DNA from: Entomortierella parvispora E1425
Taxonomy: Eukaryota > Fungi > Mortierellomycota
Assembly (NCBI GenBank): GCA_020891255.1
Contig: BQFW01000007.1
Span: forward strand, 2,356,001 to 2,420,000
Reading direction: 5' to 3'
Length of the DNA: 64,000 nucleotides
The translations under genes were made by a program, and so were the position numbers. Below are positions 11,739 through 25,019 of this stretch, in pieces. The notes beneath the pieces were generated by a model, which was not told the DNA's origin, did no database searches, and saw nothing but the letters and a program-made list of their open reading frames with translations. The stretch's first letter is position 1; the number at the start of each line of letters is the position of its first letter.

Positions 11739-14700
11739 ATGAATAGAGCACAACCATCCAGGTAACCGACTACCCCTTGCCTCGCACAATACTTCCTCCC
11801 CAAGCTCCTTCCGCCACCCTCCAGAGATTGGACCCTGGAGTCCTTCTCCAAGAGAACAAACCCCACCACGTTTTGCTTGGTGTGGTTGGAATTTTTGTCT
11901 TTTTGCGCCTTGGTCAACGACGGCGGACAAAAAAAAAAAAAAAAAAAAAAGAGCACCGCCCGCCCACGCTGCCTGTCCAGTTCTCTGCCCTGTGCTGCTC
12001 CGCTCTGCTCTGTTTGGCTCTTGCCTTTGGTGCAGGTCTCATCACCAGGGACCCCCACCATGCACCCCGTCCATATTCATTCAACGCGCTCTCGATCGCT
12101 CTCTTTTATTTTGCCTGTGCCTGTGCAGTGCCAGCTCATGAGACTGATTGCATTTGTTCAAATCGGACATTTCGGACCCAGTACTTGATTGTGTCTCTAA
12201 CTGTTTTTTTTCTCGTGCCTGGCTAAACTATAGAATGCATCCGACCAACAACAACAGCAAAGTCGAAGTTGCTCCCATACTGGATGTAATGCCAATTCAA
12301 TTTTCACATAGGGTCATCATGGCCTGTATCGAGGAAATCAAACTCAGAGGTAAAGCCGTCATTGTATGCATATTCTCCTCAGCCCCTAATCGTCTATCAA
12401 TTGCTCCGAAACTAACCTTGTCGCGACTTGCTCAATCCCTCGCCCCAGGTTTGCGACACCCACATCTCTTTCGAAACGCGTTCCATGGGCCCTCTGTCGA
12501 GGCTGCTCTGCAAACGTTAGCCAACCCAAAAAAGGCACATTTGTTCTCGGTCAAGATGATGCGAATCGACACTGTTGCCGGTCTGTTGACTACGGCCCTG
12601 TCGCGAACATACCCTCCCCTCATCCCTCCACAGATCCAGGAGATGTTTCAAAACCCCAATGGTAAACTTTTTTGAATGAGTGTGCGTGCAGCTTTGTTGC
12701 CTTCTGTACCTTTCTTTCCCGCAAGGTGCACACCCCTGCAACAACAAAAACATTCGTCCCCCCAATTCACCCCCTTTGAACTAATGCAATGAACCGTATC
12801 TTTCCGAACACAAAAACAAAAATAGGGCGGTTCTTTTTTGAACTGCTTGGCTTATTGCCCGAGCTGAACCGGTATCTGTTTGTCGAGATCCTGGACATGT
12901 GCTGTGCCATTGTCGATCAACAATCCTACAACCAAATCTCGCACAGCAAACTGGCAGTGTTCCCAGGCTCGTGCTGCTTTGGGCTGAATGAGTTCAAACC
13001 CAATTGGGATACTCGGTATCTGATGAGTGCAGACCTTCGTCGATTTTCCAGTGCCTTTTATCATGCCATCTATGCCTACCGTGAGGAACGTGACCTCACC
13101 GAGGCTGAACTCCAAGAAAAGTTGGACACGCGCGCCCGGATACTGGAAGAGGAGCGCATTGCGGCGTTGGAGCGAGAGCATGGGTACAGAGGTGCACAAG
13201 CCATCCTGCGAATGGAAGCTAGACTGGCACAAGGCTTGCCTGCGGAATCGCCCAATACCATGAAGGAGATCTCATTGTATGCAGACAGAAAAGAAAAGGT
13301 GGTGGCAGACGATGCCATCTCGATCTTGGATATTCAATTAGACGACGACGATGAGAACGGAGTGTCCAGAGTACCCGATCTGGACCGTGTACAGGAAGAG
13401 GAGGAGGAAGAGGAAGAGGTCGAAAATGTCCAGTTGGTGCTGAAGGATTTGAGGAGAAGTGTCTCTGTCGCGTCCCTCGGTCAGTCCCGCTATGAGAATC
13501 AGCCCCGGTCCTCTCCAATGCAGTCTGCCACAATCCCAACCCGCGCCGCCTCCCCCATGTCCATGAACTCTTCCCAGGGAGCTTACTTGAGTCCAGGATC
13601 CCCCAATTCTTCGCAGTGGCCCTTGTCTTTGTCACGATCAAACACTATTTCAAAATCCGGATCGCTCAAACTGCATCCCGTTTCCCCTGGCGATATCTTT
13701 GGCATCAGTCAAAGGGCTGTCGAGAAAAGAGAGCTGGAGGCCTACATGGCAGCAGCCAAGTCCCTGAAGAGCAGGAGATCTGGTCAGCGGAGCAAACGAT
13801 CTCTTCAACAGCGTCAATGGCACAAGATGGCCGTCCTAGCCCAGAGGGACTCTGCATCATCTCCCTCCACTCCCGTGACTGTCAAGACTGTCCGGGCCGT
13901 CCGCAGAATCCACCGTCAACAACAACAGCCCACCTCCATCGCCACTCTCAACGCCCAGGGAAAACCAGGAGTGACATTGACTCTCCCTACTGCAGCCACT
14001 CTCCGACGTGAACGCGCAAAGCAATTCAGGAAGGAACTCGAGGTCTACATGGCGAAGGGTCTGCCTTTGGAGGACGCGATCAAAGCTCGAGATGCCGATA
14101 TCAAGAAATTGAAACGAAAGGAGAAACGAGCCCAGCGAGCACTGGCTGCCAAGGAAGCTGCAGAGAAGGAAGCTGCGGCCGCTGCCGCCGTGGCAGATGC
14201 AATTGCCCAGTATGGCTTGACGGTAGACCAGGATACAGAGATGTCTGCCGAGGAGACGGAGATTTTGGAAGCATTCGATTATCTGACGGATGAGGAATTC
14301 CAAGAGTTTATGGAGCTGGCCGGACTGACGTTGAAGGACATAGACGCTATTCGCGCCAAGGAGGCCTCCCTTTCGATCAGCAAGGTTACCAAGGACATTC
14401 AAAATGTCGAGGTCACCCTTCAGACTGTGATGACCAGCTCGCAACTAAGCCCCGCTCCAGAGGTCAAAGCTTCAAAAGTCGAGTACAGCGTGTCCGAGAC
14501 CTACGAAGAGCTCGAAAGCGAAGACGAGGACAATGAGGTCGCTCAAGCGGCTATGCCATACTCTGAGGCCAGGACCGAGCCCCCACGCCGTACGATCCCT
14601 CACATGACTTCGATGGATCTCCTCTTCAAGCACGCGTCGGTCATTGGTGACGCCAACTTGCGACTCTACCCCACTCGTCCCTCCAGCCCTACGATCTCTG

Positions 14701-15320
14701 ACTACGAATCAGACTCGATGCATGGTGGTCTCCTGTCCCGAGCGGCTTCTGTTATGAGACACCATGGCAGGGATGACGAGGACAACGAGTTGGAGCACAA
14801 AGATGCCGATGATGAGGACGACGAACCAGTGTACAGACCTACAAACTTGAGCAGAAGTGCCGTTCCTCCCATCCCTCTGGCAACTCGACCATCCCTGGTG
14901 TCCAAGGGCATTCCGTTTGTAACCATGTCCCCCACTGAGGAGAGCTCGCGCGTGGAGCAGCGAATGATGATGATGGGACCTCAGCCTCAGGCCAACAACT
15001 CGCAACACAAGACCCAATTTAATGCTCAGAGTATGAACACAGGTGGCGCCCATCTCGGGGTTGCTGCGATGCATGCCCCTATCCAGAACACGACCATGGA
15101 GATTGAGACGGTCGAGTACACTGAAGAGTACGACAGCGAGGAGGACAGCTTGGACGAGACGGCAGACAAGAGAGAAATCCCGGCTGAAGAGGAAACGGAA
15201 GAAGAAGCCGAGCTTCGTGAGCTGCTCGAATCCATGTCAGAGGAGGAGCGCTCCGAGTTCCTGCGACTATCCAAGCCCGAGTCTATGGCGATGGGATCTG
15301 GGATCCTAGTCCATCACTGA
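11739..15320 (+). CDS. RhoGAP-like domain protein with long acidic/coiled-coil C-terminus. Firm exons 12234-12349, 12449-12661, 12826-15320; 5' exons unresolved (candidate ATG 11739).
   Basis: The spliced sequence VIMACIEEIKLRGLRHPHLFRN...VAGLLTTALSRTYPPLIP...LPELNRYLFVEILDMC...NQISHSKLAVFPG follows the RhoGAP motif order. Introns 12350-12448 and 12662-12825 are GT-AG and preserve frame. Confidence 0.72.
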
Positions 15321-16107
15321 TGAAAATCAGCTCCTGTTCATTATCCTTTCCTTTCCTTTCATTTTAATCCGGGCAAACTGCCCATCCTGTTCATATCCAG
15401 AAATCCAATTGCTTTTGTACTATCTCCACCCCCCCTCAAAAAAAACCCCCCCCCACCGCCACTGTACTTTTTCTATTCCTTTTTTTACAATCTGTTTATT
15501 CTTCATGACCACGATACGACAACCCATAGACGCGCAACCTTGCGTGCCATCACAAAATAGCCACTTACGACTTCTAAAAGATACGACCCTTGCAACGAAT
15601 ACTACACACAAAATAATAATAATAAATGAACAACAACGCGCCCTTTGTTCGCGCTTCACTGCAAACTTGCGTCCCTGGGGTCCGTAAAGCCCCGCTGGGT
15701 TCGCTCGCATCCCTCACTGACTAATTGGCGGGCCAAAAAGGAAAATCACCGAAAAAAAAGAAAAAAAAGAGAGGTCTACGTCACGTTCAGGTGCAGCGCC
15801 AGTCACGCATGAGTGGGAAAGACGTGCCTGGCCCCAGGCAGGCAGGCTTCTTCACATTCCAGCGCTTCGTTCATTGTGCCCTTCCATTCATTCCCCTCTC
15901 CTGCCGCTCCTCTCTCCTTTGTCCTTTTGCATTCCTTTGTTGCATCCTCTTCTCACCTCCCGTCTTTACTCTTTATTTTTCTCGCGTAAACGCGCATTCC
16001 TCTCTCTCTTTCTCTCTCGTTCTCTCTCTTTCTCTCTCTTTCTCTCCCGCCCTCTCACTCTTCTCTTTGTCACCCCACAAGAAAACACGCGTGCAGCACC
16101 TCTAGCC

Positions 16108-19100
16108 ATGGCGACCAGAAACGCCGTCCTGGTCATCACCCGTCGGGTCTCGCCCTCTGTCGACCTTCTCAAGGTTGCTCTTTCTCGTACAACTGTCAAC
16201 CCGACTCTGACTCACCGCCCTATTGCTACCACCCCCAAGGCCTGGTCGGCCTTTGATGGCCACCTCCGCCCCTTCTCTTCAACTGCACAGCAACTCGCAA
16301 GCGAGTTTCACCCCAAAACTTTACAGCGCAGCGGTGCCAGCCGTCTTGTTCTTGCCAACCAGGGCAAGATCGCCTCCACTACCTTGTCTCGTCGATCGCT
16401 TTCCACCTCTACTCGTGTTTTGAAGGAGAAGAACGGAGATGGCAAGGATGGCAAGGACCCCAAGGATGGTAAAGACCCCAAGGAAAAGACAAACGAGAGT
16501 TCCAAGAACGGATCAGAGAGCAAGGATTCGGGATCAGGATCCTCCGAGGGTGGAGCTGCAGGTTCAGGATCTGGATCTGGATCTTCTTCTTCCTCTTCGG
16601 GTAACGGCGGTGGCAAGGGAGGAAACGGCGATCGCAAGATCACAAAGTTTACGTTTGAGGTCGGCTCAGGAGGACCCTCGACCAACATTCTCGAGAACGG
16701 ACTGTCTAAACCTGCGATCCCGGAGATCTATCCCCAGGTCTTGACGTTGCCGATCGGCCGACGACCTTTGTTCCCAGGATTCTACAAAGCAGTGGTCATC
16801 AAGAACCCAGCTGTGGCGAATGCGATCAAGGAGTTGATGAAGCGAGGACAGCCCTATGTGGGTGCATTCTTGCTCAAGGACGAGGATCTGGATGTGGACA
16901 CAGTCACTAGCATGGATCAAATCCACAACGTGGGTGTTTTTGCCCAGATCACGACTGTATTCCCCGCCAGCGCTGGAAGCGATGAGGGATCGATTACGGC
17001 CGTCCTGTACCCCCATCGCCGAATCAAGATCAAAGAGCTCTTGCCTCCCTTGATCTTGCCCGATGGATCAGAGGCACCCAGAGAGGGCGTGATGGTCAAG
17101 GAAGCAGGCGAAGGCTCTGAAAAGACTCTATCCTCGACTGCAACTATCAAGGGATCGGAAGAGACAAAGACGACGATCCTCCCCGCTTCAGAAACTGCCG
17201 TCGAAAAGACATTGGGCTCTGAATCGTCTGTGATTGCTGGTACGACCGTGGATGCGAGCGCAACCAAGGAGATTCACCACTTGCCTACCGCCTTCCTGGC
17301 CAAGGAGTATGCAGTGACGTTGGCCAACGTTGAAAACCTGATTGATGAGCCCTACAACCGCAAGAACCAGGTCATCCGAGCCATCACATCCGAGATTGTG
17401 GCCGTTTTCAAGGATATTGCGTCGTTGAACCCACTCTTCAGAGACCAGATCGCCAACTTTTCAATGTCCCAGTCCGCAGGAAACGTATTTGAGGAGCCAG
17501 CCAAACTGGCCGACTTTGCTACAGCTGTCTCTCAAGGCGACCCAGAGGAGCTTCAGTCTGTTTTGGAGTCACTTTCGATCGAGGACAGGATGCAGAAGGC
17601 TCTTTTGGTGCTGAAGAAGGAGTTGATGAACGCTCAACTTCAGAGCAAAATCAGCAAGGATGTCGAGAACAAGATCGCAAAGCGTCAACGTGAATACTAC
17701 TTGATGGAGCAGCTCAAGGGTATCAAGAAAGAGCTTGGCATCGAATCGGACGGCAAAGACAAGCTCATCGAGAAGTTCAGAGAAAAGGGCGTTAAGCTCG
17801 CCATGCCCGAGCAGGTCAAGAAGGTCTTTGACGAGGTGAGCATCATCCCTTTTCCACTTCTACCTTCCTCTTCCTCCTCCTCGTTGTCATTTCAACATGA
17901 ATACTGATCCTCTTAATATCGTGTTTTATTTAGGAAATCACCAAATTGGAGCATTTGGAGCCAGCAGCGTCCGAGTTCAATGTTACCAGGAACTATTTGG
18001 ACTGGCTGACGAATGTGCCTTGGGGAGTTCGTTCACCAGAGAATTACGACATTCGTCATGCTGTCCGCGTCCTGGACGAGGATCACTATGGACTGAAGGA
18101 TGTCAAGGATCGCATCCTCGAGTTTATTGCCGTGGGTCGTCTCCGTGGAACTGTCGAGGGCAAAATTATCTGCTTGGTTGGACCTCCAGGTGTCGGTAAG
18201 ACATCGATTGGAAAATCTATTGCCCGAGCACTGGACCGCGAGTTTTACCGATTCAGTGTTGGTGGTTTGACGGATGTGGCCGAGATCAAGGGTCATCGTA
18301 GAACTTATGTTGGAGCCATGCCCGGAAAGGTTGTTCAGGCCCTGAAGCGTGTTCAGACCGAGAATCCTCTCATTCTGATCGATGAAGGTAAAGAGCGATT
18401 CTGATTCTTTGAGTTTACGGAGAATGTTCAAATTTTGATGACCTTTTGTTGACCAATCTCTTATCCTAAAAATCTCATAGTGGACAAGGTTGGACGTGGA
18501 CACCAGGGAGATCCAGCTTCTGCACTGCTGGAGTTGCTGGATCCAGAGCAGAACGGATCATTCTTGGACCACTACATGGATGTGCCTATTGATCTGTCCA
18601 AGGTGTTGTTTGTGTGCACAGCCAACGTGCTCGACACTATTCCCGGACCATTGCTGGATCGTATGGAGGTGATTCAACTCTCGGGCTACATCTCGGACGA
18701 AAAGGTCGCCATTGCTTCCAAGTACCTGGCCCCCACCGCCAAGGAGGCTGCTGGTTTGGAAGGCACCAATGTTACTTTGACTGAGGACGCCATTGAGGCC
18801 CTGATTAAGAACTATTGCCGAGAGAGTGGAGTCCGCAACTTGAAGAAGCAAATCGACAAGGTCTTCCGCAAGGCGGCTTTCAAGATTGTTCAGGATTTGC
18901 CTGAGGTTGAGCGCGTGGAACCCAAGTCCAAGAGCAGCGATGTCTCTACAGCTAACCCAGCCAGCTCGAGAGGTGTCGTCGTCAAGGACGATGATACCAT
19001 TGATGGTCAGGAGACCTTGGCTGGAATTATCAAGACGGTCGAGGATGAAAAGCTTTTGAACGACACTGAGGCTCAGAAGCAGAACGAGCAATCCGAGAAG

Positions 19101-20036
19101 GACAGCAAGGACAAGAGCAAGAAGCAAAAGACGGTCAAGAAGCAAGGTGAACGGGACGAGAAGCCAGTTAGACTCAGCGTACCCGATAATGTCAAGATTG
19201 ACATTACTGCAGACAACCTGAAGGACTATGTCGGACCAGCAGTCTTCCAGGCTGATCGTTTGTATGATAATACACCTGCAGGTGTGGTCATGGGTCTGGC
19301 CTGGACGTCCATGGGTGGATCCGCGCTCTATATCGAGTCCTGCCTGGACGGCGGTTTGTCTGAAAAGTCTAGACCCAACTTTTTGAGGACAGGTCAGATG
19401 GGTGATGTGATGAAGGAGTCAACTTCGATTGCATACACTTTTGCAAAGAACCTGGTCGGCCGTCGTTTCCCCGAGAACCGGTTCTTTAACAAGGCTGCGA
19501 TCCACTTGCATGTGCCCGAAGGTGCTACGCCCAAGGATGGCCCCTCTGCCGGTATTACCATGACCACCTCCTTGCTTTCTTTGGCCCTCAACAAGCCTTT
19601 GGACCCCACGATTGCCATGACTGGAGAGCTGACGCTGACGGGTAAAGTGCTCAAGATTGGAGGATTGAAGGAAAAGACGATTGCGGCCAAGCGTTCCGGT
19701 GTCAAGACTCTTATCTTCCCCCAGGCCAACTTGCCTGATTGGGAAGAATTGCCCGCGAATGTCAAGGAGGGCGTGACGGGTGTGCCCGCTGCCTGGTATG
19801 AGGATGTTTACAAGGTCGTCTTTGGTGACTCCATCTCGGAGAACGAGGGTAACCTCGTCTGGCAGAAGGAGCTGCCTGGAGGTGAGGATGCCGAGGACGA
19901 GACTGATAACCGTGAGCCCCGCAAGAGCGACGAGACCCGCCGGAAAAGCTCAAAGGCCAAGAAGGAAAAGGAAAAGGAGCAAGAGCCAGAACCAAGGGTG
20001 GATTGGAGAAAGAAGTTGAGCCAGACTTGGTGGTAA
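16108..20036 (+). CDS. PIM1: Mitochondrial Lon protease (AAA+ / peptidase S16); exons 16108-17835, 17934-18387, 18481-20036
   Basis: Arg/Ser-rich presequence, LON N-domain ([17 protein letters not shown]), Walker A GPPGVGKT, Walker B LILIDEVDK across the splice, catalytic Ser in PKDGPSAG and Lys in IGGLKEK. Confidence 0.97.
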
Positions 20037-20269
20037 ACAAAAGACGTACGAACCCCAGGGTAAAAAGACAACAGCGCCGTTTTTTTTTTTTTTTTTTTTT
20101 AGAGATGAACCATCGAATTGTTTTCTCAGGATGGTACGATAGAGCTGCCATCATCCCCAAATAAATAAAAAAAGCAAATGAATTTAATGATATTACAAAC
20201 GTCATAGTCGTAAAAAAAAAGAGATACAGTCTGATCTCCAGAGGGGGTCAATCGCAATCCTTTTCTCCT

Positions 20270-23200
20270 CTAAACTCCAAGGTACTTGCCCAGGACAGAC
20301 ATGGTCAAGACCTTGTACATATTCTCGCCACGCAAACTGACAATTCCATCCTGGACATCCACGCCCATGAGCGTACCCAGGGCACCACGATGCTCTCCCA
20401 TCAATACCTTCACGCCATCGTTCTTGGCAGGCGCGACACGCTTCAGGTACTGCACGGGGATCGAGATGTCCTTCTGATCTGACAGCAGGCGAACCTCGCA
20501 CACAGCTGTGGCCGAGAGTGCGCTTCTTGGGGGGACACGAACCGTTCGAGCAGACTGCTCGTTGTATTTTCCTCCCTCGAACGACGATCCATCCTTGCCA
20601 GTCGTGATTTTGACCTCAATATCCTGTGTAGCCCATTCGAACGATGGTCCCGAGGCCAAAGAGGCACCTGCTCCGCCGCCAGATCCATATCCAGGGGCTT
20701 GAGAAGAGCCGTGGTGAGAGTCCATTCCAGAGTAATCGCCACCAGTTGGCATGAATGGCGTCTGAGGGAAGTGGCTTGCAGGCGTCATGGGGGCAGAGGG
20801 GCCAGCTGGCGTTTGTGGGGTCAACTGAGCGCCAGGGGTGGCCACAGATTGCATACGGTTAGTGGCACCTGGGGTGGCACCTGGGGTGGCAACATTACTG
20901 CCCAAGGATCCGCTACTGCCGTGACCATGGCTGGATCCCAAAGACGACGACGCCGCTGGAGTCGATGGGAAGTTGTTACTTGGCGTGGGTGCAGACTCGT
21001 ACGTAGACGAGGGGCCAGGAGTATAAGGGTAGGAAGAGTAAGGAGCGGGTGAAGGTGCTCCAAATGGTCCAGGTGTAGGGACGCCACGGCTCATCCAATC
21101 ATTGTTGGCAGCAGGCGTCTGAGGGAAGGCAGAGCCGGAGTGAGAATCCGCCTTGTCGCCCCAAGCATTGCTAGATCCATTGCTATGATGGTTGTTGGAG
21201 CTGGAATCAGAATCGCCCCAAGCAGAGCCACGGGCAGGAGTTCTGCTTCCAGAGTCCCAAGCCGAGGCTGGTGTTCTGCTGCCATTGTCCCAGGCAGAGG
21301 AACCACCATAACGAGGAGTCTTTGAACCAGCATCCCAGGCAGGAGTCTGAGATCCATCCGCGTAAGGATTGGGTGTCCTGGCACTGGCACTCCAGGCAGG
21401 GGTCTTGGAACCTGCGTTCCAGGCTGGTGTTTTTGATCCCGAGTTCCAGGCAGGTGTGCGTGATCCAGCAGATGGGTGCATTGGTGTCATGTTGTCGGAG
21501 CGCATTGGAGTCATGCCGCCATAGCCACCATAGCCACCATAGTTGTTGGCACGGGGAGATTCTGCAGGGTTCATCATGTCCATGCTCGAAACTGGCGTGG
21601 TTGTACCATTGGCACTAAGAAAAAAAATCAAAACCATTTAGGACCCGTTTTTTTACCTCAAACTCATTTCGTGGCAACAAAACAAAAACATACTTGGTGA
21701 TCGCCAACTTTGCCTTCTCGACAGTGATGATACGGCAGTTGGTGTGGAGCTCCACGCGGGCAGTGACATCGGTAGCATCCTTCACAATTCCCAGGTATCC
21801 CTTGTGGGGACCTCTGATAATGGTGACAGTCTTGTCGATGAGAGGATCGCGGCCTCCACGGCCACGGCCCATCATCATGCCACCACCACGTCCGCCACGG
21901 CCACCACGATCTCCAAAGCCTCCTCGGTTCATGTTCATCATGGCAGGGTTCATGACATCCAAGCGCATGCCTGGCTGAGAACGGCTCTTGGACGCCATGC
22001 TGACCAAAAGGCGAGTGGAAACCACAAAGACTCCAGCATTCTCCATATACTCTCTGTTATACAAAAACGCAAATGTTCTGAACAAATGCAAGATCTTTCC
22101 CTCTCGCATCTAATAAAGAAACAAACAATATTACCGTTAAGACTTTGCTCGAGTCAGCATAATCAAGACAAACGGGAACAAAATTAAAAGTGAACGTACT
22201 CCTCCTCCCATCTCGCGGACAGAATCGCCGTCCTGGATGCTGTTGCCCTCTCCATCTGTAGCGATGGCACGAGAAGAGTCTCGCTTCTGCAAAATAAGGT
22301 GGGGCTCGACCTCGCGGGTCATGCCGCTCTGATCAACTACACGGGCAAAGCCTCTCTCGACCTTATAGATGACACCGACAGTGGAGGCGCTATCAAAGTG
22401 GAAGTAATGTTGGGTAGAATGTTTAACAACAGTCATGTGGATCGCTGCATGCCTTGGTTCGAAGGGTCAATAACTTACTCCAGCTGAACAAAGTCGTGGG
22501 TCTCAAACTGACCGATCGTGCCTGTACCGCTGGCAACATTGGCAGCCATCTGCAAATCCTTTGAGAAGACTTGAATGTCCTTGACATTGAGATCTGTGAC
22601 AATTGTGACGACGCTGTCCTCAATCTTGATAATCAGACCTGTCTCATCCTTGTATTTTCCATTCACGACCTTCACATGGTCACCCTCCTTGAACAGCTTG
22701 CGCAGCTGGGTAGGCGGGAACTTGAGAATATTGCCCTTCAGATCCTCCGCGTGTGGTCGAACCATAATCATATCGCTGCTGACGCTATCCACTGTTCCTT
22801 GGACGTTCTTAAGCTCTCCCTCAGTGACTTCGACCTTCTCGCCGGGCTGGAAATGACTTGTCAGAGATGCACTCATGGCCGACAATGCCACAGCGGAAAG
22901 ATCTAAACCGCCATCCTCATCGTCGACTCCACCCTTGGCGAACTTTTGAATTTCGTCCAGAGTGGGATTGATGTTCTCTGTGATCAAACTCGAAATCTTC
23001 ATATCCTTCTCCAGATATCCCTCACGGAACACATCGTTGTTCCACATGTAAATGCCTCTACCACGCGATATAGGCTTGTTCAGCTTGTCTGCCTTCTCAG
23101 CCTCCCTTGCATTGAACAGCTTTGGTGGAGGTCGTCCTGCCAAGGGACTGTTGACAGGCTTGCGCTGCCTATTACTGCCAAGATGCGAAGAGTCGGATTT

Positions 23201-24479
23201 GGGGGTCAAGTCCAAGCGAGGAATCAGCTTGACCTTTGCGCTATCTCCTGAATCCGAAATGTCCAAAATCTAATGAGAGAAGATAGCCGTGAGAGTCAGC
23301 AAACACAAGCCAAAGGTTATTTTTTGAACGTATACAAAAAGTATTTGATGTCCAATACATACCTGGGCCAAATCGCTGGCGTACTTTCCACGCTTCACGC
23401 GAACCCATGTTCCAGGACGAAGTTCAGATTCCTTGTGACGAACTTTGAGCACGTCTGTCATCTCCTTGATAGGAACCAGCGTCAGCTTTGACGCAAAGAC
23501 GTTGTTGAGTCCGTTGAGAGCCTACATGTATCAAACCCATTGAAGACAGTGCCTCCAGTTAGCAAAGGTAAAGTCAAGGCATTAGACGTTTCTTGTGTTG
23601 AAATGAAAAATCAAGAAGAGGGAACTTTGCTTACAGCTTGAACATTGGCCTGTCGCATGCACTCGATGTATACATAACCCTTCAGTGACTCGCGACAGAA
23701 CGCAGCAGAGATCTCCAGCGGCTGAGCAGAGTACTCGGTATCAAAAAACTTTCTCATCAAGGAAAAGACCAAATCCTTTTCCTTTCCGGGCTTACAGCGA
23801 ACCATCCACAGATGGGGCGACTGCACATCTGGCATGAGTAGTTGCTGAGGAATGTCCTCTTGTTGCCCCTGGAAGCCTCTCCTGGGCGCATAGTCGCGAC
23901 GGCCATAACGCTCCTTGAATCGGGCGGCCTGCTCCTCCAGATCGACATCCTCGTCTTCACGTCTTCTGCGATCCAGATCCATATGTTTAGAGGCTCTCGT
24001 GGCCTCTGCGGCTTCGTCCTGTTCATCAGCAATGAAGCCATCACCAGCGCCGTATTCGTCATCATCTTCATCCTCATCTTCTTCTTCATCATCGACCTCG
24101 GCCTCCATATCGAGATAGGGATTTACGGCATGCTTTTGTTTCTTGTGGCGCCGTTGCTGCAAAATTAAAAAGATCAAAGAGGGTCAGTCACTCGCACTGA
24201 CTGCACAACAGCCACATGCAGACACAGAAAAGGATGGAGGACAATCGAACTTACAGAGACTGTTTCGTCCTCTTCTTCTTCATCATCCTCGTCCTCATCA
24301 TCGTCATCGTCATCGTCGTCCTCGATTTCGCGTCTCTTGTTGGGTCTTGCTTTCGCAGACTTGCTTGAGCGACGCTCATCTCGGCTCTCCTCCTGATCAG
24401 AGTCGTCCTGGTTGTCGAGGGATCGGCCAAGGGACTCGAACTCGTCGTCGTCGTCGTGGTCGCTATCGTTGCGGGACAT
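20270..24479 (-). CDS. SPT5: Transcription elongation factor Spt5; exons 24479-24255, 24156-23635, 23521-23363, 23269-22479, 22389-22200, 22109-21694, 21614-20270
   Basis: Acidic N-terminus, NGN domain ([12 protein letters not shown]...LKGYVYIE), several KOW motifs ([44 protein letters not shown]), and S-K/R-T-P-A-W C-terminal repeats. All six introns are GT-AG and keep frame. Confidence 0.97.
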
Positions 24480-24920
24480 GGTTTCTTGCGTAAGGAGGGC
24501 TTGTTGTTGCTCGAGGCTAGTTTGAAAGAAAAGAAAACGGTGGACGCGACCCTTTGAGCTGATTCAAAAGAGGGAGAGCGAATAGGAGAGGTGGTTGATC
24601 GCACGGGCTCAAGAAGTGATGGGTGTGGTAGGGCAAGTGGTAAGGTGTTGGGGGGGCAAGGACAGGTGCGGGGAAAGAGGAAGGGAGGGAAGGGAAGGGA
24701 AGGGGAGGGAGGAGGAGCGAGGACTGGGAGCAAAAGTGGAGAGAAGAAGAGAGAAGAGTCCCATCCGGGTCTGATTCAGATTCCGTCGTCCTTTTATAGC
24801 TCGCTCGCCTTGCCGCTCTTTCTTTCACTTCATGCTCTTTCAGACATGCGGCGATAAATCTCAGATGCGCACCTCTGCACAGCATGCCCGATGATCCACA
24901 GTTCTTGAACGTCACAATGT

Positions 24921-24948
24921 GTCACGTGAATCAAACGATAGTCACGTG
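24921..24948. promoter_or_regulatory. Tandem GTCACGTG E-boxes (Cbf1/USF-type bHLH motif) in the SPT5/Myb divergent promoter
   Basis: GTCACGTG at 24921-24928 and 24941-24948, exactly 20 bp apart. Function is inferred only. Confidence 0.5.
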
Positions 24949-25019
24949 CGCAGATCCAGCTCTTTTGTCTCCTTTGGGCGAAGTGAAAGAAACACCATGC
25001 ATGATCTCATTCACCCAAC

